Positions 32,663 to 44,886 of a stretch of DNA of 64,000 bases are shown here, one piece after another. The notes beneath the pieces were generated by a model that was not told the origin of the DNA, ran no database searches, and saw only the letters and a program-made list of their open reading frames with translations. A program made the position numbers and the translations under genes. The stretch lies in NCBI RefSeq assembly GCF_056712565.1, contig NZ_CM160072.1; one strand, written 5' to 3'. Each line of letters starts with the position of its first letter. Within the stretch, counting starts at the first letter, position 1.

Positions 32663-33825
32663 TAAAGTTGTCCATTATGCGAAATAATGTTGCTAATTTC
32701 TTTTTCTATCGGACTGGTATCGATAACTAAAGCCTTACTGGTATAAGCAGGCATGGACGTCACGGTTGAAGCCAGATCGGGCATCTCGGCAATGTCTTCA
32801 TTCTTCGTATCAATAGTAGCAGTCATCGATAAACCAATGCGCAAAGGGTGTTCCATGAGTTCTTTTGGATCCAGAGAAACTTCAACCGGTACACGCTGAA
32901 CGATTTTGATCCAGTTCCCTGTCGCATTTTGTGCAGGTAATAAGGAGAACGCATTGCCGGTTCCCATATTGATCCCTGTCACCCGACCATGAAACACAAC
33001 ATTTTCACCATAAAGATCGCTGATAATATTGACCGATTGACCAATCCGTACATCCGTGAGTTGTGTTTCTTTAAAGTTGGCATTAACCCACATTTGACGC
33101 GCCGGTACGACAGCCATTAACGATTGTCCGGGACTCACTGTTTCGCCGACCTGAACACTTCTTTGGGCAATATAACCGGTAACCGGACTCTTAATATCCG
33201 TACGTTTAAGCGCCAACCAGGCTTCTTTGGTTGCATCTGCAGCTTCAATGACTTGTGGCTGACGGTTTAATGGTGTGTTCATTACTAAAGCTTTATTCGC
33301 TTTATAAGCCTGGATAGCAGCATTCAATGCCGCTTTGCTACTTATTAACGTATCTTTGGTATGCTCCAGCGCTTCTTTTGAAATAACCCCTTGCTTCGCT
33401 AAAGGCACACGACGGTTATAATCTTCTAAAGATTGTTGATACTGAATACGTGCTGAAGCGACTTCGGCACTGTATTGTTTATCCTGTAAGTATAGTTTAT
33501 TCGTTTGCCGAACAATATTTGCCAGATTATTTTTAGCTTTATTGAGTGCGATAGTGGCATCAGTTTTATCCAGTGAAACTAAAATGTCACCTTGTCGAAC
33601 GTAGTTCGTATCTTTATGATTAACGACAGTGACACTGCCTGAGACTTGTGCAGAAATTGGATCTGCATTTCCCGTGACATAGGCGTCATCTGTACTAATC
33701 ATGTCTTTTAATTCCATTGACCAATAGGCATAGGCACCTGAAAACGCAATAAATAAAACTACCGCTAACAAAGCAAAATACTTTCTTCTGTCAGAATGTT
33801 TTTTATTTGAATTAACCTGTTCCAC
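32662..33825 (-). CDS. emrK: Efflux membrane-fusion protein (EmrA paralogue, 387 aa)
   Basis: ORF track; K-12 synteny. Confidence 0.9.
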   Translation of the reverse strand: MEQVNSNKKHSDRRKYFALLAVVLFIAFSGAYAYWSMELKDMISTDDAYVTGNADPISAQVSGSVTVVNHKDTNYVRQGDILVSLDKTDATIALNKAKNNLANIVRQTNKLYLQDKQYSAEVASARIQYQQSLEDYNRRVPLAKQGVISKEALEHTKDTLISSKAALNAAIQAYKANKALVMNTPLNRQPQVIEAADATKEAWLALKRTDIKSPVTGYIAQRSVQVGETVSPGQSLMAVVPARQMWVNANFKETQLTDVRIGQSVNIISDLYGENVVFHGRVTGINMGTGNAFSLLPAQNATGNWIKIVQRVPVEVSLDPKELMEHPLRIGLSMTATIDTKNEDIAEMPDLASTVTSMPAYTSKALVIDTSPIEKEISNIISHNGQL

Positions 33826-33997
33826 TATTATCTCTCATTTCGCATAGATGAAATTTATGAATTGAATGAAAAGAGTATTCATTCTTCATATCAAACACAG
33901 TGCATGTTTTGCACATTATCCCAGGAACGTTGGAGGGCTAATTTAAATGAGGTGCAAAAAAACAACAGAGGACTAAACCGCGGCTTTTGCAATACAA

Positions 33998-34015
33998 TTC
34001 TTACGCCTGTAGGAT
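33998..34015. promoter_or_regulatory. EvgA-box-like inverted repeat in the emrK-evgA divergent promoter region
   Basis: TTCTTACGCCTGTAGGAT fits the EvgA consensus TTCYTACA-N2-TGTARGAA as I recall it. Confidence 0.55.
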
Positions 34016-34239
34016 TAGTGAGAAAACTTATAGTGCTCATTTGAAACTATAAATCATCGGTATCATCCCTGATTTTATTGTTGACATTTTATTTATGCCG
34101 ACTATTTATATGGTATACTTGTCGAATTATCTTAAAGGAAGCTCAAATTTTCTTATTTTTATTGAGAAAATGAGATGATACCTTATGTCTGTATTACTAC
34201 AAGGAGAAGGGAAATGCTTCATTGCAAAGGGAATAATCT

Positions 34240-34854
34240 ATGAACGCAATAATTATTGATGACCATCCTCTTGCTATCGCAGCAATTCGTAATTTATTGA
34301 TCAAAAACGATATTGAAATCTTAGCAGAGTTGACTGAAGGCGGAAGCGCCGTTCAGCGGGTGGAAACACTTAAGCCTGATATCGTCATCATTGATGTCGA
34401 TATCCCCGGAGTTAACGGTATCCAGGTGTTAGAAACGCTGAGAAAGCGCCAATATAGCGGAATTATTATTATTGTCTCCGCTAAAAATGACCATTTTTAC
34501 GGGAAACATTGTGCTGATGCTGGCGCTAATGGTTTCGTGAGTAAAAAAGAAGGCATGAACAATATCATTGCGGCTATTGAAGCTGCAAAAAATGGCTACT
34601 GCTATTTCCCCTTCTCTCTCAACCGGTTTGTTGGAAGTTTAACGTCCGACCAGCAAAAACTCGACTCCTTATCGAAACAAGAAATTAGTGTCATGCGGTA
34701 TATTCTTGATGGCAAGGATAATAATGACATTGCTGAAAAAATGTTCATCAGCAACAAAACTGTCAGCACTTATAAAAGTCGCTTGATGGAAAAATTAGAA
34801 TGCAAATCACTGATGGATCTTTACACATTCGCACAACGTAACAAAATCGGCTAA
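34240..34854 (+). CDS. evgA: Response regulator EvgA (NarL/FixJ family, 204 aa)
   Basis: ORF track; K-12 length and synteny. Confidence 0.95.
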   Translation: MNAIIIDDHPLAIAAIRNLLIKNDIEILAELTEGGSAVQRVETLKPDIVIIDVDIPGVNGIQVLETLRKRQYSGIIIIVSAKNDHFYGKHCADAGANGFVSKKEGMNNIIAAIEAAKNGYCYFPFSLNRFVGSLTSDQQKLDSLSKQEISVMRYILDGKDNNDIAEKMFISNKTVSTYKSRLMEKLECKSLMDLYTFAQRNKIG

Positions 34855-34858
34855 CCAC

Positions 34859-37800
34859 ATGAAGTTTTTACCCTATATTTTTCTTCTCTGTTGTGGTCTT
34901 TGGTCGACCATAAGCTTCGCAGACGGAGATTACATCGAATATCGTGGCATCAGTAGTAACAACCGTGTCACACTTGATCCACTACGTCTGAGCAACAAGG
35001 AATTACGTTGGCTCGCGAGCAAAAAAAATCTTGTGATTGCAGTACACAAGTCCCAAACAGCTACGTTGTTGCATACCGATTCGCAGCAACGGATTCGTGG
35101 TATTAATGCTGATTATTTAAATCTTTTAAAAAGAGCGTTAAATATCAAATTAACACTCCGGGAATACGCAGATCATCAAAAAGCAATGGACGCGCTGGAA
35201 GACGGTGAAGTTGATATAGTGTTATCACATTTAGTTGCTTCGCCGCCTCTTAATGATGACATTGCTGCAACTAATCCTCTGATAATTACCTTTCCGGCGC
35301 TGGTCACTACCCTTCACGATTCAATGCGACCGCTTACCTCATCAAAACCAGTAAATATTGCTCGAGTAGCAAATTATCCCCCAGACGAGGTAATTCATCA
35401 ATCATTTCCAAAAGCAACAATTATCTCTTTTACAAATTTATATCAGGCATTAGCATCCGTCTCAGCCGGACAGAATGATTACTTTATTGGTAGTAACATC
35501 ATTACCAGCAGTATGATTTCCCGTTATTTTACTCACTCCTTAAATGTAGTGAAGTATTATAACTCACCGCGTCAATATAACTTTTTATTAACCAGAAAAG
35601 ATTCAATCGTTCTTAATGAAGTACTCAATCGATTTGTTGATGCTTTAACAAATGAAGTTCGCTATGAAGTATCACAAAATTGGCTTGATACAGGAAACCT
35701 GGCCTTTCTGAACAAACCATTAGAACTCACTGAACATGAAAAACAGTGGATTAAGCAGCATCCCGATTTAAAGGTGCTGGAAAATCCTTACTCGCCACCC
35801 TATTCTATGACAGATGAAACTGGCTCAGTTCGGGGCGTGATGGGTGATATTCTTAATATTATTACCTTGCAAACAGGTTTAAATTTTTCTCCGATCACCG
35901 TTTCACATAATATTCATGCTGGGACACAGCTTAACCCCGGTGGATGGGATATATTGCCCGCCGCTATTTATAGTGAAGATCGAGAAAATAATGTTTCATT
36001 TGCTGAAGTCTTCATAACAACGCCTTACGTTTTTGTCATGCAAAAAGCGCCTGACAGTGAACAAACATTAAAAAAAGGAATGAAAGTTGCCATTCCATAT
36101 TATTATGAGCTTCATTCGCAATTAAAAGAGATGTATCCGGAGGTAGAGTGGATAAAAGTCGATAACGCCAGCGCTGCATTTCACAAGGTCAAGGAAGGTG
36201 AACTTGATGCTCTGGTCGCGACACAGTTAAATTCGCGTTACATGATCGACCATTACTATCCTAATGAACTTTATCATTTTCTTATTCCCGGCGTTCAGAA
36301 TGCATCACTTTCGTTCGCTTTTCCTCGCGGAGAACCGGAACTTAAGGATATTATTAATAAAGCACTGAATGCAATTCCCCCAAGCGAAGTTCTGCGCCTG
36401 ACCGAAAAATGGATTAAAATGCCCAATGTGACCATTGACACATGGGACCTCTATAGCGAGCAGTTTTATATTGTTACGACATTATCCGTTTTATTAGTTG
36501 GCAGTAGCCTTTTATGGGGATTCTACCTGTTACGCTCAGTTCGTCGTCGTAAAGTTATTCAGGGTGATTTAGAAAACCAAATATCATTCCGGAAAGCACT
36601 CTCGGACTCCTTACCGAATCCAACTTATGTTGTAAACTGGCAAGGTAATGTCATTAGTCATAATAGTGCATTTGAACATTATTTCACTGATGATTACTAC
36701 AAAAATGCAATGTTGCCATTAGAAAACAGTGAATCCCCCTTTAAAGATGTTTTTTCTAATACGCATGAAGTCACAGCAGAAACGAAAGAAAACCGAACAA
36801 TATACACACAGGTATTTGAAATTGATAATGGCATCGAGAAAAGATGCATTAATCACTGGCATACCTTATGTAATCTGCCAGCAAGCGAACATGCTGTTTA
36901 TATTTGTGGTTGGCAAGATATTACCGAGACGCGTGATTTAATTCATGCACTCGAAGTAGAGAGAAATAAAGCGATCAATGCAACTGTCGCAAAAAGCCAG
37001 TTTCTGGCAACAATGAGTCACGAAATAAGAACACCAATAAGCTCCATTATGGGCTTCCTGGAACTTCTGTCGGGTTCTGGTCTTAGCAAGGAACAACGGG
37101 TGGAGGCGATTTCACTTGCCTACGCCACCGGACAATCACTCCTCGGCTTAATTGGTGAAATCCTTGATGTCGACAAAATTGAATCGGGTAACTATCAACT
37201 TCAACCACAATGGGTCGATATCCCTACTTTAGTCCAGAACACTTGTCACTCTTTCGCTGCGATTGCTGCAAGCAAATCGATCGCATTAAGTTGCAGCAGT
37301 ACGCTTCCTGAACGCTACCTGGTTAAGATCGACCCTCAGGCGTTTAAGCAGGTCTTATCTAATTTACTGAGTAATGCTCTCAAATTTACTACCGAGGGGG
37401 CAGTAAAAATTACGACCTCCCTGGGTCACATTGATGACAACCACGCTGTTATCAAAATGACGATTATGGATTCTGGAAGTGGATTATCGCAGGAAGAACA
37501 ACAACAACTGTTTAAACGCTATAGCCAAACAAGTGCAGGTCGTCAGCAAACAGGTTCTGGTTTAGGCTTAATGATCTGCAAAGAATTAATTAAAAACATG
37601 CAGGGCGATTTGTCATTAGAAAGTCATCCAGGCATAGGAACGATATTTACGATCACAATCCCGGTAGAAATTACCCAACAAGTGGCGGCTGTCGAGGCAA
37701 AAGCAGAACAACCTATAACACTACCTGAAAAGTTGAGCATATTAATCGCGGATGATCATCCGACCAACAGGCTATTACTCAAACGCCAGCTAAATCTATT

Positions 37801-38452
37801 AGGATATGATGTTGATGAAGCCACTGATGGTGTGCAAGCGCTACACAAAGTCAGTATGCAACATTATGATCTGCTTATTACTGACGTTAATATGCCGAAT
37901 ATGGATGGTTTTGAGTTGACTCGCAAACTCCGTGAGCAAAATTCTTCCTTACCCATCTGGGGGCTTACAGCCAACGCACAGGCTAACGAACGTGAAAAAG
38001 GGTTAAATTGCGGCATGAACTTATGTTTGTTCAAACCGTTGACTCTGGATGTACTGAAAACACATTTAAGTCAGTTACACCAGGTTGCGCATATTGCACC
38101 TCAGTATCGCCACCTTGATATCGAGGCCCTGAAGAATAATACGGCGAATGATCTACAACTGATGCAGGAGATTCTCATGACTTTCCAGCATGAAACGCAT
38201 AAAGATCTACCCGCTGCGTTTCATGCACTAGAAGCTGGCGATAACAGAACTTTCCATCAGTGTATTCATCGCATCCACGGTGCGGCTAACATCCTGAATT
38301 TGCAAAAGTTGATTAATATTAGCCACCAGTTAGAAATAACACCTGTTTCAGATGACAGTAAGCCTGAAATTCTTCAGTTGCTGAACTCTGTAAAAGAACA
38401 CATTGCAGAGCTGGACCAGGAGATTACTGTTTTCTGTCAGCAAAATGACTAA
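34859..38452 (+). CDS. evgS: Hybrid sensor kinase EvgS (1197 aa)
   Basis: ORF track. Two periplasmic PBP-like domains, then HisKA/HATPase, REC and HPt; K-12 length. Confidence 0.95.
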   Translation: MKFLPYIFLLCCGLWSTISFADGDYIEYRGISSNNRVTLDPLRLSNKELRWLASKKNLVIAVHKSQTATLLHTDSQQRIRGINADYLNLLKRALNIKLTLREYADHQKAMDALEDGEVDIVLSHLVASPPLNDDIAATNPLIITFPALVTTLHDSMRPLTSSKPVNIARVANYPPDEVIHQSFPKATIISFTNLYQALASVSAGQNDYFIGSNIITSSMISRYFTHSLNVVKYYNSPRQYNFLLTRKDSIVLNEVLNRFVDALTNEVRYEVSQNWLDTGNLAFLNKPLELTEHEKQWIKQHPDLKVLENPYSPPYSMTDETGSVRGVMGDILNIITLQTGLNFSPITVSHNIHAGTQLNPGGWDILPAAIYSEDRENNVSFAEVFITTPYVFVMQKAPDSEQTLKKGMKVAIPYYYELHSQLKEMYPEVEWIKVDNASAAFHKVKEGELDALVATQLNSRYMIDHYYPNELYHFLIPGVQNASLSFAFPRGEPELKDIINKALNAIPPSEVLRLTEKWIKMPNVTIDTWDLYSEQFYIVTTLSVLLVGSSLLWGFYLLRSVRRRKVIQGDLENQISFRKALSDSLPNPTYVVNWQGNVISHNSAFEHYFTDDYYKNAMLPLENSESPFKDVFSNTHEVTAETKENRTIYTQVFEIDNGIEKRCINHWHTLCNLPASEHAVYICGWQDITETRDLIHALEVERNKAINATVAKSQFLATMSHEIRTPISSIMGFLELLSGSGLSKEQRVEAISLAYATGQSLLGLIGEILDVDKIESGNYQLQPQWVDIPTLVQNTCHSFAAIAASKSIALSCSSTLPERYLVKIDPQAFKQVLSNLLSNALKFTTEGAVKITTSLGHIDDNHAVIKMTIMDSGSGLSQEEQQQLFKRYSQTSAGRQQTGSGLGLMICKELIKNMQGDLSLESHPGIGTIFTITIPVEITQQVAAVEAKAEQPITLPEKLSILIADDHPTNRLLLKRQLNLLGYDVDEATDGVQALHKVSMQHYDLLITDVNMPNMDGFELTRKLREQNSSLPIWGLTANAQANEREKGLNCGMNLCLFKPLTLDVLKTHLSQLHQVAHIAPQYRHLDIEALKNNTANDLQLMQEILMTFQHETHKDLPAAFHALEAGDNRTFHQCIHRIHGAANILNLQKLINISHQLEITPVSDDSKPEILQLLNSVKEHIAELDQEITVFCQQND

Positions 38453-38459
38453 ATAGCGG

Positions 38460-38484
38460 CTCCCACAATGTTCAAATGTGGGAG
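38460..38484. terminator. Hairpin between convergent evgS and yfdE (possible bidirectional terminator)
   Basis: CTCCCACA-(9 nt)-TGTGGGAG followed by CTATTT. Confidence 0.45.
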
Positions 38485-38507
38485 CTATTTACCAGCACAT
38501 CTTACAT

Positions 38508-39653
38508 TTATGATGAGAACTCCTGGCGAATTTGTTCCCCATGCTGGTCGAGCGTTGCCGCTCCCGGCATAACATGCGGGTCCGCGCAGCCGCTGATTTT
38601 TATCGGATTACCCGGCATCATTATTCCCCCGGCTTCAATCAACATATTTCTCGCCTGAGTTTGTGGTAAATTAATGGCCTCAGCCACACTTAATAACGGC
38701 GCGACGGGCACACCAACTTCATGTATTCTGGCTAACCAAACTTCAGCTGCCTGCGTTTTTAACGTCCGCTCAATATATTGTTTAAGAATAGCCTGGTTTT
38801 GTACGCGTAAAATATTGCTGCTAAATCGGGGATCATTAACCAGTTCTGTAAGCTCCAGTGCCTGGCATAACACAGAAAAAAGCTTGTCATTACCACAACA
38901 AATCGTAATCGGCTTATCCTGAGTATCGAAAACATCAAAAGGTGCCATGTAGGGATGGCGATTTCCCAGGCGTTGTGGTGACTTCCCAGTCGCGATATAT
39001 GCCATCAGTCCATGCTCCAGAAAACTCAGAGTGGCATCAAACATCGCTATATCGACATGCGCCCCTCTCTGGCTCTTTTCGCGGCCATAAAGTGCACTCA
39101 CTATTCCACTGAATAAATAAACACCGCCACAGAGATCCGCAAGAGAGGTACCAACGCGCACTGGCGGAGCATCAGGGTATCCTGTTTCCATCATTATCCC
39201 GCTCATTGCCTGAATGATGGTATCGTAGGCAGGAGCATCTTTTAGCGGACCGGTATGTCCGAAACCTGACGATGAAGCATATATAAGGCGCGGGTTGATT
39301 TCTTGTAGCGTTTCCCATGAAAACCCCAGTTTTTCCATTGTACCTGGGCGAAAATTCTCAGCTAATACATCCGCTTGTTTAAGCATATTTATAAATATAC
39401 TTTTATCGTGATCATTCTTTAAATCAAGAACCACACTCTCTTTGCCATGATTAATAAAACTGTAATAGAGTGACTGTCCATCCACATAGGGACCAAATGT
39501 GCGGGTATCATCACCATGACCCGGCGGCTCAACTTTAATTACCCTTGCACCCATATTACAAAGAAGTTGAGTTCCGAAAGGCCCATTAAGGACATGCGTC
39601 ATATCGATAACTAATAAGCCTTCAAACGGCCCTTTGCATTCATTATTTGTCAT
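38508..39653 (-). CDS. yfdE: Acetyl-CoA:oxalate CoA-transferase (class III CoA-transferase, 381 aa)
   Basis: Recognised K-12 YfdE; the K-12 start MTNNECKGPFEG is the internal ATG at 39653. Confidence 0.9.
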   Translation of the reverse strand: MTNNECKGPFEGLLVIDMTHVLNGPFGTQLLCNMGARVIKVEPPGHGDDTRTFGPYVDGQSLYYSFINHGKESVVLDLKNDHDKSIFINMLKQADVLAENFRPGTMEKLGFSWETLQEINPRLIYASSSGFGHTGPLKDAPAYDTIIQAMSGIMMETGYPDAPPVRVGTSLADLCGGVYLFSGIVSALYGREKSQRGAHVDIAMFDATLSFLEHGLMAYIATGKSPQRLGNRHPYMAPFDVFDTQDKPITICCGNDKLFSVLCQALELTELVNDPRFSSNILRVQNQAILKQYIERTLKTQAAEVWLARIHEVGVPVAPLLSVAEAINLPQTQARNMLIEAGGIMMPGNPIKISGCADPHVMPGAATLDQHGEQIRQEFSS

Positions 39654-39726
39654 TTGCTTATGCCTTGAAAAAAGCCGAAGGTGAAAAGACACTTCGGCAT
39701 TTATGTAAAATCAATAACATGATTAA

Positions 39727-40671
39727 TTATGAAACCAGTCGACTGACATAAATCCACAAAGGAGCCGTGACGACAAAACCCAGTACGCTCACAGCCAATG
39801 ACGCTGTACCAGTGCGGGTGTAGACATTAAACCGGCTGGCAATAATGATTCCGGAGAATGCCGGCGGTAATGCGCCTGCCAGTACCATCATCTGCAAATG
39901 TTCGCTATTCAAATGACATGCCATACCTACGAGAAGCAGCGCCAGTGGCATCAGAATCAGCTTCAGGAAAGTGTTATAAGCAATTTCGGCACTGAACTCG
40001 AATTTATGTGCAGCCAGAGTCAACCCCGCAGCGAATACCGCTACCCCTGAGTTAGCCTTCGCAATCAGATTAAAGGTTGGGTCCCATGCTGCCGGAATTT
40101 TTACCCCAACCAGCACCAGGATCGTTGCCAGAACAGGTGCCCATACTACTGGCTCCTTTGCCGCAGAAATTAATGCGCTCAGATTACTATTCTTCTTACC
40201 ATCCGCTCCTGAGGAAGGATTCAGCAAATACAGACCAATAGGAATAGTAATTGCGTTAACAATAATAGAAATAATTGCTACCACTAAACCTGTTGATACG
40301 GAATCACCATAAATAGGGTCGAGAACTGCAAACCCCAGGAATCCGATGGTAGGTGAGCCTGCAATTAATGCACATACTGCTGCTTCTGCATGGGTACGTT
40401 TAAAAAATTTGTAGCAACCAAACCAGGAGAAAAAGAAACATCCGACAATAACCACAAGTGATACAAGGGTCAGGCGAGTGTCCGCAAAAATCATTTCCCT
40501 GTTTGCCCGGGTAATAGAAACAAATAGGGCCGCAGGAAGAGCGTAGTTTAATACCAGTTTATTAAATGCCCGAGCTTGATCTTCTGAAAAAGTTTCTCGT
40601 CTGCCGCTAAAATAACCCAACAGCATGATTACGATAATAGGCAATAAATCGCCAATAAAAAATGTTAGCAT
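39727..40671 (-). CDS. yfdV: AEC-family transporter (314 aa)
   Basis: ORF track; K-12 length and synteny. Confidence 0.9.
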
Positions 40672-40740
40672 AATAGTATTTCCGATAAGGGTCCCCTCAC
40701 CATCGCATAATAAGTTGGCAAGAGGAGACGATGTCAGTAT

Positions 40741-42435
40741 TTAATTACCAGCGACTTGTTTTGGGTTAAGTTTGGTAATATGGCCACTTTCAGTTCCTGC
40801 TGCTGGGTCGATGACCACATTAATAATGGTCGGTTTGCGCGACTGAATTCCGGTGGTTAAAGCATGACGAAGTTCATCTGTCGTGGTGACGTTATAGCCA
40901 AGGCCACGAAACGCATCCATTAATTTGTCATACCTTGCATGGTGCAACAGATCCGTTGGCGATGGTGCACCAGCGCCGCTGAGATCAACACCGTCTCCTC
41001 TGTAGATGCCGCCATTATTAAAAATAACGATCGTCACCGGCAGGTTATATCGACAAATCGTTTCAATCTCCATCCCACTGAAACCAAAAGCACTATCACC
41101 TTCAATAGCGACAACCGGAGAACCAGAGGTCACGCTAGCACCGATGGCATAGCCCATACCGATGCCCATGACACCCCAGGTGCCACAATCCAGACGACGA
41201 CGTGGTTTATACATATCAATAATATTTCGTGCATTATCCAGGGTATTTGCCCCTTCATTAACTAAATAAATATCCTGGTTCTCGCGCAAAACATCGCGCA
41301 CGGCACTCAATGCATTAAAGTAATTTAATGGTTGGGTATCTGTACTTAACTTTTCATGCATTTTTTGTGCATTTTGCTGCTTGTGGATATTTAAAATATC
41401 GCGCCACACCAGTGGAGTCGTAAATGTGTTTTGTTTCAATTCTGCCAGCATACCTTGCATACTGGATGCAATATCGCCAACGACTGGCACAGCAATGGGG
41501 CGGTTGCTGTCAATTTCCTGCGGTTCAATATCCAGTTGAATAAACTGTGTATCTGCCGCCCATCCTTTTTTACCGTGTGCCAGTAACCAATTCAGTCGTG
41601 CACCAACAAGCATGACAACGTCAGCATTTGCCAGGGCAAACGAACGCGCAGCTGCCGCAGAAAGTGGATGCGTATCTTCGAGGATCCCTTTCGCCATAGA
41701 CATTGGCAGGAATGGAATCTGGGCACTTTCAATAAATTCACGAAGCTGTTCATCAGATTGTGAATACGCCGCGCCTTTGCCAAGGATAATTAATGGTCGT
41801 TCAGCTTTTGCTAAAAGCGAAATTGCGCTAGTGACTGACTTCGGGCATGGCAATAATGCTGGCGACGGATTTTCAACTTTAACAATCGTGGTTAACGCTT
41901 CGTCTTTTTCCATCGTCGCGGCCAGGACATTTGCTGGCAAATCAAGATAAACACCGCCAGGACGACCCGATACTGAGACCCGGATAGCGCGTGCCAATGC
42001 AATGCCAAGATCCTGCGGCTGATTAACGCGAAATGCTGCTTTGGCATACGGTTTTGCCGCATTCATTTGGTCCAGCTCTTCATAATCACCTTGCTGGAGA
42101 TCGACGATCGCGCGGTCGCTGGAGCCGCTAATCATGATCATCGGAAAACCATTTACCGTTGCATTGGCCAATGCGGTCAAACCGTTGAGGAATCCTGGCG
42201 CAGACACTGTCAGGCAGATCCCTGGTTTTTGGGTAAGAAAACCGCTTGCTGCAGCGGCATAGCCTGCCGACTGCTCATGACGAAAACCAATATAACGAAT
42301 GCCTTCCGCCTGGGCATGGCGCGCCATATCCGTCACAGGAATACCTACAACACCATAAATAGTGTCAATATTATTCTGTTTTAATGCTTCAACGATGATA
42401 TGCATACCATCTGTCATTTGAAGTTGATCTGACAT
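40741..42435 (-). CDS. oxc: Oxalyl-CoA decarboxylase (ThDP-dependent, 564 aa)
   Basis: ORF track; K-12 length and synteny. Confidence 0.95.
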   Translation of the reverse strand: MSDQLQMTDGMHIIVEALKQNNIDTIYGVVGIPVTDMARHAQAEGIRYIGFRHEQSAGYAAAASGFLTQKPGICLTVSAPGFLNGLTALANATVNGFPMIMISGSSDRAIVDLQQGDYEELDQMNAAKPYAKAAFRVNQPQDLGIALARAIRVSVSGRPGGVYLDLPANVLAATMEKDEALTTIVKVENPSPALLPCPKSVTSAISLLAKAERPLIILGKGAAYSQSDEQLREFIESAQIPFLPMSMAKGILEDTHPLSAAAARSFALANADVVMLVGARLNWLLAHGKKGWAADTQFIQLDIEPQEIDSNRPIAVPVVGDIASSMQGMLAELKQNTFTTPLVWRDILNIHKQQNAQKMHEKLSTDTQPLNYFNALSAVRDVLRENQDIYLVNEGANTLDNARNIIDMYKPRRRLDCGTWGVMGIGMGYAIGASVTSGSPVVAIEGDSAFGFSGMEIETICRYNLPVTIVIFNNGGIYRGDGVDLSGAGAPSPTDLLHHARYDKLMDAFRGLGYNVTTTDELRHALTTGIQSRKPTIINVVIDPAAGTESGHITKLNPKQVAGN

Positions 42436-42488
42436 GATTAATAACCTCGAAATTTTTATAAATTGGGAGCCAGAAGCCCCCGTTAATA

Positions 42489-43739
42489 TCAGATGGCGTG
42501 GTTTTGCTTCATTGCAGCAATTTCATCGTCGCTATAACCCAGCTCCTGCAATACAGCAGCGGTATGTTCACCTAATAGCGGCGCAGCTTTAATATCCGGC
42601 GTAAAGGCAGAGAATTTCATTGGACAACCAACTGTCAGATATTTTCCACGCAACGGTTGTTCCACTTCGACAACACTGCCACTTTGGCGCAAAGAGGGAT
42701 CAAGTGAAATTTCTTTCATACTTAAAACCGGTGCACAAGGAATATCAAACTGAGTCAAATAGGCCACCGCTTCATGTTTATCAATAGTGACAGTGTATTT
42801 TTCGATTTCAGCAAAAATATCGAAAATATGTGGCTGTCGGGCATGGGCTGTACTGTATGCCGGATCGGTAATCCATTCTGGTTTGCCGATGGCTTTACAG
42901 GTGTTTTCCCAATTTTGCTCCTGAATAGTGAAATAAATATAGGCGTTAGGATCGGTTTCCCAGCCTTTACATTTCAGGATCCAGCCAGGCTGACCGCCCC
43001 CACCCGCATTACCACCGCGGGGAACTGCATCACCAAATGTGCCATTCGGATACTGCGGGTATTCTTCCAGATAACCCAATTTATCGAGACGCTGCTGGTC
43101 GCGTAATTTCACGCGGCAAAGGTTCAACACGGCATCCTGCATTGACATGGTGACTCGTTGCCCACGCCCCGTTTTTTCGCGATGCAGCAAAGCAGCAAGT
43201 AAACCGATCAGCAAATGCATTCCGGTGTTGCTGTCACCCAACGCTGCAGCGCTTACCAGCGGCGGACCGTCCCAAAAACCTGTAGTAGATGCCGCGCCAC
43301 CCGCTGCCTGAGCAACGTTTTCATAGGCTTTTACATTCACATAAGGCGAACACTCATCAAACCCTTTGATCGAACCAAAAATCAGACGTGGATTGATTTC
43401 TTGAATATGCTCCCAGGTGAAGCCCATATGATCAATGGCCCCTGGATGAAAGTTCTCGACTAAGATATCAGCTTCGCGGATCAGCTTTTCCATTACCTCT
43501 TTGCCTTCCGCTGTTTTGGTATTTAATTCAATAGAACGTTTGTTACTGTTAAGCATGGTGAAGTAAAGCGCATCGATATCAGGAATATCTCGCAGCTGGT
43601 GGCGCGTTACGTCACCAACGCCGGGACGTTCAATTTTAATGACGTCAGCGCCAAACCAGGCCAGCATTTGAGTACAAGATGGGCCAGATTGCACACCGGT
43701 GAAATCGAGAACTTTAATTCCTTGAAGTGGAGTTGACAT
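42489..43739 (-). CDS. frc: Formyl-CoA:oxalate CoA-transferase (416 aa)
   Basis: ORF track; K-12 length and synteny. Confidence 0.95.
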
Positions 43740-43989
43740 AGCAATACCTATTAGTTAATTAAATATGTGTTAATTTAGCGTTTATTTAAGGCATAACGCC
43801 TCTATAAATAATCTGCAAAATATCGTCGTAGCTGCACTCGAAATTTTTAAATTCCTGTATCAAGTGCTGAAAATCATTTCATCGCTACTTCCAATTCCTT
43901 TCTGCATGGTAAGTAGTGAGGACGAAAAGAAGAATATAATAAATATTGGCTCGCGGTAATCAGAGAGAGCCGCGACATTTGTGATGTTA

Positions 43990-44007
43990 TTCTTACAACT
44001 GTAAGAA
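43990..44007. promoter_or_regulatory. EvgA box upstream of frc operon
   Basis: TTCTTACAACTGTAAGAA has perfect inverted arms (TTCTTACA / TGTAAGAA). Confidence 0.65.
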
Positions 44008-44250
44008 GTGTCAGTGATTTACAAGTAAGGTTATGATTACACTATTTAAAGCGTACCATAAAATATAACATAACAAATGATTTGTGATAATATGGGATTA
44101 TTGCGGTTTACTTTGAGGAAGATAAAATGCGAGTTTATAGAACCGCGAGCGCCAAATAATTTTATGACCACAACCTGTCGTATTGTGGTCATAAAAAATT
44201 GTCGACTGGAGGGAGTTAAATCCTTTACCTCAATATATTGCCTGTCAGGT

Positions 44251-44886
44251 TTAGTTCACAAACAGTGCTTCGCTATCAACGATGATTCCATCTTCCGCAC
44301 CTTTAAGCGCCAGGTTTGCCTCGTAGTATTGCTTTTTATCAAGCAGTTTCTGCGCATCAGCAAGTGCATTACGAGTCTGTTTAAGCGGCATCAAATATTG
44401 GTTTTCCATTACACCAACACCGGCCAGGCGAAGCTCTTCCATTGCCCCCTTTTTATCCCCTTTCGCCATTTTTTCGTTGGCAATTTTTATCGCGGCTTCT
44501 TTTTCGGGGGTTGCTACATAACTCTCAGAAATTCCGACAGATGCATTAATGACAATATATTGGTCATCATTGACGTTGGTCTTTTTACCTAGCTTAGCGA
44601 ACTTTGCCCATTCGGTACTATCATCTGACAGCAAAGCGGAAGCTTCATTGGTCAGTTCTTTTGCCTTTTCCGGATCGCCATGAAACAGAGCCAGGCGCGC
44701 TACCTGCACGTCACGCATCGCATATAAACCTTGTTCAGAGATACGCTCTGCTGCCGCTGCCGTTTTCTGGGTTTGCTGAACTTGCTGAGTTTGCTGTTGT
44801 GCCGCTACCGGTGCATTATCAGCAGCCCATACAGTTGAAGATGCCAGAATTGCTGTGACCATCGTAGCCATAATTAAACGTTTCAT
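44251..44886 (-). CDS. yfdX: Periplasmic EvgA-induced protein YfdX (211 aa)
   Basis: ORF track; signal peptide; K-12 length and synteny. Confidence 0.9.
   Translation of the reverse strand: MKRLIMATMVTAILASSTVWAADNAPVAAQQQTQQVQQTQKTAAAAERISEQGLYAMRDVQVARLALFHGDPEKAKELTNEASALLSDDSTEWAKFAKLGKKTNVNDDQYIVINASVGISESYVATPEKEAAIKIANEKMAKGDKKGAMEELRLAGVGVMENQYLMPLKQTRNALADAQKLLDKKQYYEANLALKGAEDGIIVDSEALFVN

Noticed and set aside
44077-44592. 171-aa plus-strand ORF overlapping yfdX and its downstream region
   Set aside because: It is antisense to yfdX in an AT-rich region with a Phe/Ile/Cys-rich composition, and K-12 has no gene here.
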